From Fimicolochytrium jonesii (Eukaryota), in assembly GCF_025526975.1 (NCBI RefSeq), contig NW_026515673.1:806001-870000 (forward strand): DNA of 64,000 nucleotides, in the 5' to 3' direction. The notes under the pieces were generated by a model. That model was given only the letters and a program-made list of their open reading frames with translations. It had not been told where the DNA came from and did not search any database. The position numbers were made by a program, and so were the translations under genes. Positions 22,133-34,800 of this stretch are shown one piece after another (the stretch's first letter is position 1; each line of letters starts with the position of its first letter).

Positions 22133-22887
22133 ATAGTCTCTCACAAGTGCTGGTCATTTGTTGTGCGCCGGTCGTGACCGCGACCACCGTCTGGTTGCCA
22201 TGTAGATTTCTTAACCTGGCGTTGTTGCTCAAGTACGGCGTTCGTGCAATACCCCAGGCTGCTATATAGATTTCTTAGCCTAGCCTTGTTTAGATGCTGC
22301 CTCTTCAAGTCTTTGTCCATCTCATCTGAAATAATTGAAATGACATTGAAGTGGTGAAATGAGTTTTTGCAAGCACCCGCTGTCGTGATTATGTTCCAGT
22401 CCGTAAATTCCACTATGCCCCAATTCCCTTTGCAAAAGTTATGCACGCTTCCAGCTCTACTATGCAATGTATATGATACTAGATTCAACACCCTGATTAC
22501 AAGGAAATGCCCCTTCCTTGGAAGGCTGGAGAAGGCGCCAACGGACAGTATGGATGCAAGACTTGGAAAGGATGTCCTGAACATGCAGTCTACCTTCAAG
22601 TCCAATCCAGATACCCGCTCGAAGATCATCTGTGTGGATGCGGCGCAAAAGCAGTGGACATGGAACCATCTCGGACACCACGCGTGGCTTCTGTCGTGGC
22701 TCCGAGCGGAAGCTGACGTGGACGTGCCATTTTTGTTTGTCGCCCTTTTTGTTCACACCTCCATAAACACACTGGTTGACATTGGCATAATCCCTAGGTG
22801 AAAACTGCAAGCAACAGCTTCCTGACGCCGCTCACATTTCCTCGCAAATTCTTCGAATACTCACTCTCCCCACCTTCGCAGTATAAG

Positions 22888-23742
22888 ATGTCGAAAAACG
22901 ACAAACAGCAAAGCCGCTACGACACGGACTCGGAAAGTGGCGGCCCATCTTGCTCCCATCCATACCCATCCGATTTTCCACCGCCATATGCACCCGACAG
23001 CCCTTCGAACAGCAAAGACCCTAATATACCTTACGTGGACCCTGCTAAAAGTGGGAGTGGCCAGGTGCATCCTGCTGGCGGGCCTGTACCATTCCCATCG
23101 GCAATACATGTGCAGAATGCGGCGCAGGGGTCTTCTGCAGCCCAGCAGCCGCCGCCGGGACAGCCACGCATCGCCTTCCCGGACCCATATGCACAACAGG
23201 GGAACGCAGGGTATGCTCCACCCGCCAGACCGCCACCACAGGGCAACGGTCCATACGGTCCTCCAGGCCACCCACCCCCACAACAACAACAACAACAACT
23301 ACAACAGTTCACCCAACCTCACGTCCCACCCACCAACAACAACATCGTCTACACCCAACCCCACTTCGCGACCCCCATGCCCGCCCCGCACGCCGGCGCC
23401 AGCCCCTACGTACAAGTTCAAGGCCAGCTGCTCGTACCCGGCGCCGCCGGCGTAACGCAATACGGCACAGCCGCAACAACCGTTATAATCTCCTCACCCA
23501 GCCAGCGTGCCTACCTCGGCCCAAACCCCACGACGGCGCTATGTCCGCGGTGTAATAGGGTCGTGCAGACGATGACGATCCCCGTGACGGGGTTGATCAC
23601 GTATTGCATGTCCGGGGCGATTTTGCTGGCGGGGTGTTGGTTGGGGTGTTGTTTGATCCCGTTTTCGATGAATTCCATGAGGGATGTGGCGCATCGGTGT
23701 CCGCAGTGTGGGTATGGGCTGGGGGTTTATAGACGGCTGTGA
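22888..23742 (+). CDS. LITAF-domain protein
   Basis: N-terminal PPPY in a Pro/Gln-rich region; C-terminal CPRC...hydrophobic GCWLGCCLIPF...HRCPQC. Confidence 0.92.
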   Translation: MSKNDKQQSRYDTDSESGGPSCSHPYPSDFPPPYAPDSPSNSKDPNIPYVDPAKSGSGQVHPAGGPVPFPSAIHVQNAAQGSSAAQQPPPGQPRIAFPDPYAQQGNAGYAPPARPPPQGNGPYGPPGHPPPQQQQQQLQQFTQPHVPPTNNNIVYTQPHFATPMPAPHAGASPYVQVQGQLLVPGAAGVTQYGTAATTVIISSPSQRAYLGPNPTTALCPRCNRVVQTMTIPVTGLITYCMSGAILLAGCWLGCCLIPFSMNSMRDVAHRCPQCGYGLGVYRRL

Positions 23743-24182
23743 TGGGGGGTTGGGGGGTTGACGGGATGTTGTCTGTTCGGGAGTTGAGCGACACCTCTTT
23801 CGTGGCGGTCGGTCATGCATTATCTTTGGGCCATGGACGCTCTGATGAAGGCTTTCAAATAACTTTTGGCATTTTGGGCGAGAGAGCTGAACACCATAGT
23901 ATTATTCATCACAATGCACATCCTTCTTTGACGTATCTGTCGTGCATGTTCGTATTGCAGAAGCGTCCAGATTCGCCATAAAGGTCGCGGCCATTTTCGG
24001 ACATCGAAGACGCGGCCATGTCCGTGTGGTCCGTGTCCAGGTCGTTTTTAGTCGCTCAGCAGTGGAATCTCCCTCGAACCTCCCCCCACACGAAGGCCCG
24101 CCAGGAACAAGCACCTTGTCTTTTCGCACGTGCCCATATACCAAGCACTGCAGAGCGTTGAACAGCTTCCAAATCATCCGCT

Positions 24183-25992
24183 ATGAGCTCAGGTCCATCC
24201 GGTGCCCCTGCAGCGGGCCCCGGAGACGAATTCGACAACCTCACCCGAGCGCAGCTCATAAGTCTGATGACCGACCTTGGTTTGTCTGGGAAGAACAAGA
24301 AGGTACATTTGAGTCACTTAGTAATAAGTAGAAATTTGCACGGTGTTGCGGACTGAAGATAAACAATGTAGACGGCGGTGATCCGCGATACTTTAAGGGC
24401 CCATGCCATGGTAAAGGCCAACCAGCGCGAACGAGAAGAAAAACAGACCAATAACCCAGCCGGGGTTGATACCGAACTTCAGCCAAACGACCAACAGACA
24501 GCTGAGGAAGCCACTCCCGGGGACGCTTTCCCAGGATATCCCAGCCCTTCCGAAAAGCGTCCTGCTGGGCTCGACGTGGCCGTGGGACAGCGACGGAGTC
24601 GGCGGGGGCGTGCGGTCGTAAATGATGGCGTGGGGATGGAAAGTAGTGAAGGGGCGGGTGGGAAGGAAGTGGATGGGCTGGTTGATGGGGTTATTGCTGC
24701 GGCGCCTGAGGCGGAGGCGGTGGATGTGACTGCCCAGATGGAGGGTTTCGAGACAGACGCTGCTGGGCAGCTGCAGGAGCCGGTTGCGCAAAAGGTGGGG
24801 ACAGATACGGAGTCGCATGACCACAGCAACCTGCTTTCCGACTCGTCGAACCATATCAAACTCCACTTTGCGAAGGACGGACAGAAATCCATAGCTGCGC
24901 ATGAGGAACCTGCTGCAGCCGAGGTCGAGGCGACGTCGGCGCATGCGGACGCGTCAGTCGAGAAGATGATGGAGGAGATCGGGCCGGGGGATTATATGGC
25001 GAGTGATGCACAGGAGGACGGGTCTGCCTCGTCGAGAACTATGTCGCCGAGGAATTCTAGGTCGGAGACCTCGGAAGAGAAGGATTCGCAAGCGGGATCC
25101 CAGACGGAGGGGGCGACACCGTCTGCGCAGGACGCCGCGGTGCCCAGCGTGGCGGACTTCCTGAAGAAGCAGGATATGGACGCGTTCCAAACGGTGTTTG
25201 AGAAGGAGGAGTTGATGGATTGGGCTGTTGTGAGGGCTGTGGGTGTTGAGACTTTGCGCGCGTTGGGGATGACCGCTGGCGCTGCTATTCGATTTGTCTT
25301 GGCTGTTAAAGGTCAGTTTCCCCCGGACGCTCAAGTTTTGCGCATATGGTAACCTGCCGTGGGACGCTACTAAACCATTTTTCGTTCCACGCCTTCAAAC
25401 AGAACTGTCCGCAGACACCGCAGCACCCGAGGAAGTCAACCTCACGATCCCCGTCACCAGCATTCAGTCTCTGCTAGAGGAGCTGAAATCGCTCAACGTC
25501 AGCAGCACCAACAAAACCAAAACGAACCTCCCGCAGCGCCGCGCCAAAACAGCTCCCCCGACAACAACGACACACCGCCGCACGCACACCGCCTCGACCA
25601 CCACCAGTGACACCAACGCGATCGCCCCCATCGCCCCCGCAGCAGAACCCATGAACCTCTCAAAACCCGACCCATACAAACGCCTCCACTCCGCAATCTC
25701 AGCCTTGACACCCAAACGCGGCAGCGTCGCCCCCCCAATCACAACAACAACAACAAACGCGCCCCCGGTCCGAACAACCAACGCCTCCCGTCTCCGCGCC
25801 CAACGTCTGCTCAACAACTCCGTTCCCGACTCGGGCTTTCTGGGTAGCGGCAAGGTCGGGGAGGCGGCGGCGGGAGTGGCGGGTGTTGCGCCGGCGGGAG
25901 GAGTGACTGGGAGAGGGAGATTGGCGCCTGCACCTGTGAATAGGTACTTTGCGCCTGGGACGCCTGCGGCGAACGGGAAGAAGGGGAGGTAA
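24183..25992 (+). CDS. Protein with an N-terminal SAP/HeH-like motif, acidic linker, SAM domain and basic tail (3 exons)
   Basis: FDNLTRAQLISLMTDLGLSGKNKK|TAVIRDTL; SAM-like SVADFLKKQDMDAFQTVFEKEELMDW...LRALGMTAGAAIRF; introns near 24303 and 25312. Confidence 0.65.
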
Positions 25993-27371
25993 GATTGGGG
26001 GATTTTCTTGGGGCATAGGAGATGGGTGTTGATATCTCTTTGTTTGCGCGTTTGATAGGCAGGTTACGGTGGGAGTTACGAAGCGGGGATAGGGTGGAGT
26101 AGAGTGTTGGTTGGGTTGTTTCTGAACGATCATGGTTTGTGTGGTTATGTACGCGAAGGCGGCGAGATGGGTTGCCGGGCGATTAGTAAAAGATGTTTCG
26201 ACTATTCTTGAATACGGGATGGAGGATTTGTGTCATATGTATTTCCTTGTGCTATTTTCAGAATTATATCCCAATTCATCCTCTATCGTAGTTTCTGCAT
26301 CCTGAACATGAAACCCGTATTCGATTATGCTGTTTCGGGGTTTTTTGTAACAGCTGCGGAAACTTTGAGCGAGCTGCACCCTGCCCACTTTGTGTTTCCG
26401 ACACCGCCCTTCGGTGGACAGAGCGTCTTCTTGATTCCAGGAAACGGATCTCCCTCAGGGGATCACTGCATAAGAATGACCACGGTCGTAACTGTAGGTC
26501 TATCTGATGAGGGTCTGGTCTACCTTCGCTGAGGCGGGCCCGTCAAATCCACCCTCGCCTTGAGATTGATTCGCGCGCATTCACCGCCAGGTCGGCCGTC
26601 GCCAAGCTCCCGCTATTCCTAGTAAGTAGATCACCGTATCAACGCTTCCACCGTGGACCCGGTTGTCACTCTCACGCCGATGCTGGCGTCTTGCCTGTAC
26701 CCCTAGGGACAGTGGCGACAGCCTCGAACGTGACGGCGCCGTTTTCGTGGGCTAAGGCCCGGAACACAATGTCACCCAATTTATTCGCTCATTCTCCCGA
26801 GATGTAGTCCGAGTCAAGCCAAACCGAGTCGTTCATAGACGCCCAAGCCTTGTCAAGCTCACAGCTGAATATTACCCCATGGCAAGGTGCATGTCCAGAA
26901 TACCAAGCTTTAAAGAGCAGCGCATTGTACTGTACATCCAGTACAGGCTGTCGAGGTGGGTGCCCGCCGTGTCTTGCGTACGGCATAGGGTTTCGAGGGC
27001 CGTTTCCCCAATCATCTCGTATATGTTCTGTCTCATCCTCATTAGGTTAGGCCGGTCCGTCAGCGGGTGGCTCATATCGAGTGATACCCTGGTGGTCTAC
27101 GAGTTGTTTGCCTTCGACAGAAGGGTATTGAGAGGCCGTGGATTGCTTGCGTGCACTGCAGGACTCTCGAAGCTGTCGATTCGAACCTTGTCAAAGGTCG
27201 GACAACGGTCGGAGGCTCGGAGCCCTGTGCTACGACTACGATGCGTCACTTTTCTTCTCTGGAGTCAGGACTGGCTCGCCGTCGCCCACAGCAAGGGCGA
27301 AGCAAACAGCAGTAGCTTTTCACCTCTGTCAACTCACTTCCGCGGGAGCGACCGCTCGTCAGCATTTCAAA

Positions 27372-28457
27372 ATGCCTTCGGAAGATGCTGCAGACATTGC
27401 CGCCGAGATTGCAGCCCAGGAGGCAGCGCACGCAAAGAGAATGAAAGAACTGATAACCCTCACCACCATCAAAACCGCCGCCACCCGTCTCACAGCCCAT
27501 ACGCACCTAACCCCCCTGCTAACCAGCACAACCCTCTCAACCCTGCTCGGCCCCTGCCCTTCAACAACCACTCCCCGAACCCTCCTCATCAAAGCCGAAA
27601 ACCTCCAAAGAACCGGCTCCTTCAAACTTCGCGGCGCGACCAACGCCATCACCAAGCTGCTGGAATCCGATCCCGTGGGAGCCAGACAGAAAGGCGTGGT
27701 GGTGCATTCGAGCGGCAACCATGGCCAGGCGGTCGCGTTGGCTGCAAAGAGGGCGGGTGTACCCTGCACGGTCGTGATGCCGCGGGACTCGCCCGGGGTC
27801 AAGCTCGCTGCTGTGGAGGGCTACGGCGCGACCATCGTGCTGTGTGATCGCGCCCTAACCTCCCGCGAACAGACGACGCAGGAGATCGTCGACCGCACGG
27901 GCGCCACGTTCATCCACCCGTCCAACCACCCGGACGTCATCGCCGGGCAGGGAACAGTCGTGCTGGAGATGCTGCACCAGGCCGCGGAGATGGGATGTCC
28001 GCTGGACACGGTGATCGTCCCCGTCGGCGGGGGCGGGTTGTTGAGCGGGTGCCTGGTCGCCGGTAAAAGCCTTCTCCCCAACCTGCGGATCGTCGCCGCC
28101 GAACCGCTACTCGCAGACGACTGTGCGCGGTCGGTGCGTGCGAACGAGTTCATCCCCGCCGGCCCGCCCAAGTCCATCTGCGACGGGTTGATGTCCAGTA
28201 TGGGCACGCTGACGTGGCCGATCATCCGGGACCATGTGGATGAGGTGCGCACGGTTGATGAGGCGAGTATCGTGAAGGCGATGAGGGTGGTGTGGGAGAG
28301 GATGAAGATGGTGGTGGAGCCGTCGGCGGCGGTAGGCGTTGCGGTGGCGTTGTTTGATGAGGGGTTTAAGGCGCGGGAGGGGATGCGGAATGTCGGGGTT
28401 GTAGTTACCGGGGGGAATGTGGATTTGGATTGTTTGCCTTGGGGTTCGATGAAATGA
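27372..28457 (+). CDS. PLP-dependent serine/threonine dehydratase or serine racemase (SRY1-like)
   Basis: KAENLQRTGSFKLRGA (PLP Lys), SSGNHGQA, IAGQGT, VPVGGGGL, VEPSAAV, TGGNVD. Confidence 0.95.
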   Translation: MPSEDAADIAAEIAAQEAAHAKRMKELITLTTIKTAATRLTAHTHLTPLLTSTTLSTLLGPCPSTTTPRTLLIKAENLQRTGSFKLRGATNAITKLLESDPVGARQKGVVVHSSGNHGQAVALAAKRAGVPCTVVMPRDSPGVKLAAVEGYGATIVLCDRALTSREQTTQEIVDRTGATFIHPSNHPDVIAGQGTVVLEMLHQAAEMGCPLDTVIVPVGGGGLLSGCLVAGKSLLPNLRIVAAEPLLADDCARSVRANEFIPAGPPKSICDGLMSSMGTLTWPIIRDHVDEVRTVDEASIVKAMRVVWERMKMVVEPSAAVGVAVALFDEGFKAREGMRNVGVVVTGGNVDLDCLPWGSMK

Positions 28458-28726
28458 ACATCTTGGGTTCATAGTATGAACGGTTGACATTCCGCGCACA
28501 AACGCTCCGGCGAGAGTTGAGTTCAAAACTGTTAAAGAATGGGACAATGGGCATCTGAGAGGGCGAGCAAAGCGAGGCGTATCGGACCGCACCGATGAGT
28601 TCTTTGGGCCCCCCACAGCCGGATCTGAACCCTGGACGCCGTGCTCCGACAGCGAGCGAAGCGATCCCTTCCTGTCAGTTTTCCGGAGCACCCTGAAGGT
28701 CTCACCGAACTTGATATCTTCCCACC

Positions 28727-29120
28727 ATGGCAAAGGAGGAAAAACACTCCCGGAACACCACTACCCCATCATCCTCGTAGTATCCCCGACAGCCACCGAG
28801 GGACGAGATGAAGAAAGCATACAAGGCAGCCTCCTTGAACTGGCCTTCCGGACGAGAACCACGGCGAGAGGGTGGAGGAGATTTTTGCAAGAACCTCAAA
28901 CCGGGCTTTACGACGTGCTGGTGGAACCCGCAGCAAACGGAGCCACGTATGATACGGGCGCAGGCGGAGAAACGGGCGGAAGAGGCGAAAGCGCCACAAG
29001 GCGATCGGGACAAACGGAGCTCAGCGAGGGACGACCCGGGAGTCAGTTACTCGAACAAATCAAGAGATTGGACATCCAAAGTGAAGTTTGGGAAAAAAGA
29101 AAACCCAGTAGGCGCGGAAA
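28727..29120 (+). pseudogene. Frameshifted DnaJ (J-domain) pseudogene
   Basis: J-domain pieces in different frames: HYPIILVVSPTAT / DEMKKAYKAASLNW / PDEN / YDVLVEPAA..ATYD; HPD motif broken. Confidence 0.65.
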
Positions 29121-29618
29121 TCGGAGGAGCGGGAGAAGGCGGCAGAAGGTGGAAGCGGTGGAAGCCAGCCTCGGCGCATCTGCAGTCCACGAATGTGGGA
29201 TCTGAAAACATCGTTGGCTGGGGAGGTGCAGATTCGCTAGCGGCTGCAGAGAGGATGTTGACGCCCTGCAGTATCTGATGAGGACCAAAAACACCCATCG
29301 GTTTATGTGTATGTTGTTCACATTTGGCATCATGACCATCAGCACACTATAAGACTGTGTTCAAAACAAAACCGACCCGCGTTTGTTACAAAGGCCCTCC
29401 CAAAAATTAAGACACAAAACCATTTGGGGGGCCTCATCTGCCGCCCTCTTCCCATGTTTTCGCGGCAGGGGCCGTGCAAAACATGTTGCAACATCAACCC
29501 TCCTATTCCCACTTCTTCTCAAGCGCCTGCGCGACCTCCTTCCTTCCCCCTTTCCAAAAAAAAAAAAAACAGCCAAAAACCTACCCTTCTCTCCTCACCC
29601 CCTACCCCTCCCCATTCA

Positions 29619-31306
29619 TCAAATCTGAAACCCCCAAACCTCCAATCCAACAACCTCAAACTCGCTCGTCTCGCTCAAGCGCTCATTCGCAAACGTCTGA
29701 CACGGGCCCGAGTGCCCGTTGTACAGCTGGTCGTCGATCCAGAGGCCGAAATGGCCTTCCCTGAAAACCAATCAGAGGTGTGAATATTGTGGTGGGAGGG
29801 TGTGGAGGATGGGATGGGAGGCGCGGGGGGGATGGCTTACCCGCCGCCGAGAGCGATGAAATGCGGTTCGGAGAGGATGAGGTACTCGTTTTTGCCGGTT
29901 GCGTGGAAGGCTGAGACGGTGCCAGTGTGTGTTTTCTTCCACAGGAAGCTGGGTAGCGTAATCACATACCCCGCCATCAGCGAAAGTAAATGCGGCCACG
30001 AAAATCGAAAATCCATATCAGCTACCAAACGCAAAACTCACCAACTCCCCGTCCCATAATAGGCAGCCTGCACCGCGAACGCGTCGCTCCCGAACGCGCC
30101 AAACACGTTGCCGGCGCTGTCTTTGATGCATAGGAGTGAGGGGCCTTTGCCTTCGCATTGGGTGTAGAGGGTGTTGAGGGAGATGCCGTGCTGATCCATG
30201 CTGTAGGTGAGTGTCCAGGCGGAGGATTCGCGGAGAAGTGGGGGGAGGTGGGGGCGGATCTGGTGTTGAGAGGTTGAGACGATTAATGTGAGGAGCGCGG
30301 GAGAAGATGACTGCATGACAATACCTACCTGCTCGGCGGTACTCTCCTCCAAGACCACCTCCGTATCCTCTTTCCGTCCCTTCAACACCACCGGGCGTCT
30401 CGCAGACACATCAAACGGCGACAGCACACTCGGTGTCTCCTGTTCCCCGACACTCTCATTGGAGGCCGACACGGCTGCAGAGATAGCCGAGAGGGCGGAT
30501 TTCCCGCGCGTGAGCAGCGAGTCGAGGGATAACCGCACATCTGTGATGATATCGTCCTGCGGCGGTGATGTGTTTGTTGAAATGGAGTCTTTTGCCGAGT
30601 CGTGCGGGGCGGATTGGGAGATTGTTATCGGTTCCGTTGGGGGTGGGTAGCTGGAGATTCTGGTGACTGAGGCGGGTATCAGGATCGGGGGTTGTTTGTG
30701 TTTGCTGCTCTTTGGTGACGGGACTGATATCGGTCGCGCGGGAGTTGACGCCGCCTCCACCGGATTTCGGTCCACATCTTCTTTCTTCAACGCGGGTTCC
30801 TCCAGCCCTTCAAACTCATTGAACGCATCCGACAGATCGTTCTGCTGAGAGTGTGCAGAAGCAGGTGTCTGCGGGCCGCCGGTGCTATCGCCGACAGCGG
30901 GTGAGGACACGCCTAGCATCTCCAAAAAGAATCCCGAGAGAGAAGGCGGGTATTGCTCGACAGCGGATTGCGGGCGGTCTCCAGGTGCGCTTGAACGCGG
31001 CGGCGTATCCGTCGTCACATCACCAGCGTCTGCGGAGAGGGATGATCCTCCCACGCGTGTAAACTGGGCGCTTCGGCGATCGCCTGTGATGACGGACAGG
31101 CGACGCGGGTCATATGGACTATCTACAACGGAAGACTGCGAGGCGTCCGGGGCTGGGGAGGGTGGTAGCGGGGGCAGGCCTTGTTGTGGGTCAGCAGTGG
31201 GGGGTGGGGAGTAGGGGGCGGCTGTTTGGGAGAAGGAGTCTTCGAGGACTTCGCGTGAGGAAGCGGGCGATTTCTGCTTGTTTGAGGCGGCGAATGGCCA
31301 GAACAT
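29619..31306 (-). CDS. OXR1: Oxidation resistance protein 1 (TLDc domain)
   Basis: WTLTYSMDQHGISLNTLY, VFGAF, YYGTG, IALGGG, FGLWID..L..GHS.PC.TF.N..L, EVWG. Confidence 0.92.
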
Positions 31307-31813
31307 GTTTGCGACGGTATGCAAGAGGAGCCGAGGAGCTCACCAAGATACAGTATGTTGTGCTAGAATATATGTATGTATATGTAGTTGGGTTGTGCCT
31401 AACGAGACGGCGAGTTTGCGAGGGGGGCAATGGGGCGGTTGGAAGCAGCGTTGGAAGGGAGCTTTTGAACCAGGTTCTCAGATGGTTCTCAGATGGTTCT
31501 CATCAGAGAGTGACTCATCCGTCCGCCAAGAGCGTGTTTTTGCCTTTCGTTGCTCAACTATCACTACTCTGACTATCACAGTCTTTCAAGCTCAGCAAGA
31601 CGCACACGGACAGCGACTTTCCCACGCTCGCATTCATCAAGCCCCCAACGTGGGAAAGTTCGCATCCCTTTTTCGCCTCCCTCGCTCCGCTCTCGAGAGA
31701 GGCTTCCTTATACATACAGCCCTCGCGTCTCGTCGTCAGTCATCCCCATCTTGGGTCCATCTTGAGTAGCTCAGTTTCGCTTGCTACCAACGTGCGGCTA
31801 GGCTACCTCAGAA

Positions 31814-34800
31814 ATGAAGTTTGGCCGTACGCTCAACCAGTACCAGGTTCCGGAATGGTCTAGGTAGGCGACAGGGCGAGGCGAGAGGAAAGAGGCGAGT
31901 CAATTCCGCGCCCTCCCTTATCGCTGTGCGGGTTGGGACTAAGTTTTACTTTCCCACGCATTCCACCCTTGTCCCCGTCCTTTTTGTACGCCCTGCCTGT
32001 CAAAGTCAATACCTGTCATACAAGTCGCTCAAGCGGCAAATAGGGCAAGCGAAGCGGTCGGGGGACACTAAAGGAGCCGACAATGCGGAGACAAAAGCTC
32101 TCGTCGATGGTACTTGTGCAATCGAGTGATCTTCAGCCGGTGAACCCTCAGCTTCTTTAGGGTGTGTCTCATTGAACTTTGCCCTCAAATACAATGTTGG
32201 CAGCGTTCATATCGTCCGTCAATCTCGAAGCCAAGAAAGTCAATGCGTTCTTCTTGAGCCAGAGGGCTATCACTGAGCGAAGAATTCGATTCAGTAAGTT
32301 AAGCTATGACATAACCTCCTGTCAACATACTCTCATATTGACGTGCACTCTGAACAGCACAGGATAGGCTCAGTAAAGCAGACGATCAGACATTCGTGGA
32401 TGATGAGCTGATTGAAACTATCAATGAGATTCGGGTCTATCTGTATCTCGTGCTGAGATATGCCGAGATGAACAAGACCGGGTTCAGGAAGATTGTAAAG
32501 AAGTGAGTGAAGGAGAGTTAGAGGCGGATGAAGAAATATACTCATCAGCGCCATAGAGCCGACAAGCAGCTGTCAATGGACCTGAGCGAGGACCTCTGGA
32601 TCAATAAGGTTCGCAGGAGCAGCCGAGGGTATGCTACTGCGACATACCAGCTGAAATCATTCGCTCCCAACAGATTGGCACATACCCATTTTGCACCGAC
32701 ACGTCAATGGAGGCGATGCTGCAGCTTGTGGACAGTCTCCACGATAGGGCAAATACCTTGCGGCAAAAGGCGTCTGAGAACGGAACACATGTGCCGACTG
32801 CTGCCGAAGGCGGCTATCCCTATCCGGAGGAAGTGCACGCGGCCCTGGATATGGACAATGTCTCTGCACTGCGGACTGTGCTGGAGAAAGTCAAGGAGGC
32901 GGGTACGGAAGGCGGAAAGGTGCGTTGCACGGCATTATCACAAAAAGGTTTGTGTAGGCATTGTGACCTAACGTGTCGGGTCCTGCAGGAAGAATCCGCC
33001 CGCGCCGCAATCCTTTGGAAAGCCTGCCAAAAGAACGCCCTAAGCTCCATCGCCCTTCTCCTCCAATCCCCACACCTCGTAAGCGTGCCTATCTACAACG
33101 ACATCAACCACCGCTCCCTCCTACACAAACTCGCCATCCTCGGCGCCGCGCTCAAACCCAAAGGAGAAGTTGAAGGCACCCCCAACCTGATCGAACGGGA
33201 CGATCCGACCTTGTTGAAGTATGTGCTGTCCCGCATACCGCAGGACATGGCGGAACAGGCGTTACGCGTGCAGGACTTTTTTGGACGGACGCCTTTGCAT
33301 TATACGGCTTTGTATGGGCTGCAACGGACCGCGCAGGCGTTGTTGAGCTTCTTACCTGCCGGGTCATTGACCGGGAGCTGGGTGGATGATGACGGGCACT
33401 CGCCGATGTTTTACGCGGTTGTGCGGGGTTTTGTGGATGTGGTCATTGTTTTGATCGATCGCTGGGCGGATGTGGATGATATGGGAGATGGTAAACCTTC
33501 CTGATGTGCGAGTGTTTCTCGCTTGTTTTCAAAGGCTGACATTCCTTCTACAGCGGTAAACAACGCCCAAGCCGTCTCGCAATCCCTCACACCCGCCCAT
33601 CAGTCCTTCACGGACTCATCCTCTCTGCCCCCCCTGATCTCGTCCCGATCAGTCTCGGCGCTCATGGACGGACACGCTCAGGTCACCCGTATAACGCGGA
33701 CACCCCTCGCCCTGGCGTGTACATTTGGGCATGCTGCGGTGGCGCGGGTGCTGTTGGTGCATGGGGCGGATGCGAATTGCAAGAATGAAGATGATGAGGT
33801 AAGAACATGTGTGCTCACTTGAAACCCTTGTGAGATGCGCGTACTGACATTTCAGTGTAGACTCCGTTGCACCTCAGCGCACGGGGAGGCCATCTCGACT
33901 GTGTTAAGTTGTTGGTCGGGCTTGTCGACAATGTGGGGTGGAAGGTGGCGGATGTGGAGGCGAAAGATAAGAGCTTTGGACGGACGGCATTGTTCTCTGC
34001 CGGTATTGTTCATGACAAGCGATTGGGACACGTCGAACGGGGTATGCCTGGGTTTCTAGTGGCTGAGTGTCATTTCCGGCAGGGCAGCTATGGAAGGGCA
34101 CATTGAGTGCGCCAAAGCGTTATTGGAAGCTGGGGCGTCCGTGAATGTTGTCGATGCTGGGTCACTCAACCCGCACGAGCATGCAGGTACTTGCTGGATA
34201 TCTTTGACACAAAAGAAGGAACTCACATCTCACAAGGAGGCTTCCCCCAGTCTTCAGAGCCCACACCGACATCGCCGCCCTCCTCCGCCCACACATCCCC
34301 CCCTACCCCTCCCACCCCCTCCACTCGTCCCTCAGCACCGTCGCGCAAGCCTCCGTCGTCGAGCGCGCCTACGGCCACAAATACCTCAAAGGCCAGTCCA
34401 TGATCCGCGTCTATCTCGGCTCCACCGACCTCCGCCGCACCACCTCCCCCGTCCACCTCGACGAGAAACGCATACCCGCCCAGTCCGCACCAGGAACCTT
34501 TCGCCTCACGGTCTCCGCCCAAAACGCCACGGGCGACCCGGTGGAGTTCGACCTACCCATGACGGAAACGATCGCGGACCCGATCGTCTTCCACGCCGAC
34601 CGGTTCGACCAGGTCGTGTTGCAGTTCGACGTGCACCCAGCATACGGGGACCCGACCAAGAAATCACGACTGGTGGGCCGGGCGAGCGCGATGCTGTCTA
34701 CGGTCAAGACGTCGCTGTGGCAGGAACGGACGCCGCTGGGCGGGTCGGTAGAGGTTCCGATCTTGAGCGGGCATAGTATGGAGATTATTGGATCGGTGTT

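Noticed and set aside
22141..22810. Overlapping short ORFs and a ~24-bp imperfect duplication (TAGATTTCTTA.CCT.GC.TTGTT) between OPT and LITAF
   Set aside because: No consistent frame or motif; may be a decayed fragment but cannot be assigned
26504..26560. Possible hammerhead ribozyme core (CTGATGA)
   Set aside because: No stem II closed by GAAA and no matching stems I/III at the right spacing
31473..31502. GGTTCTCAGAT x~3 in the OXR1/GDE1 divergent promoter
   Set aside because: Short slippage-type duplication with no support for function
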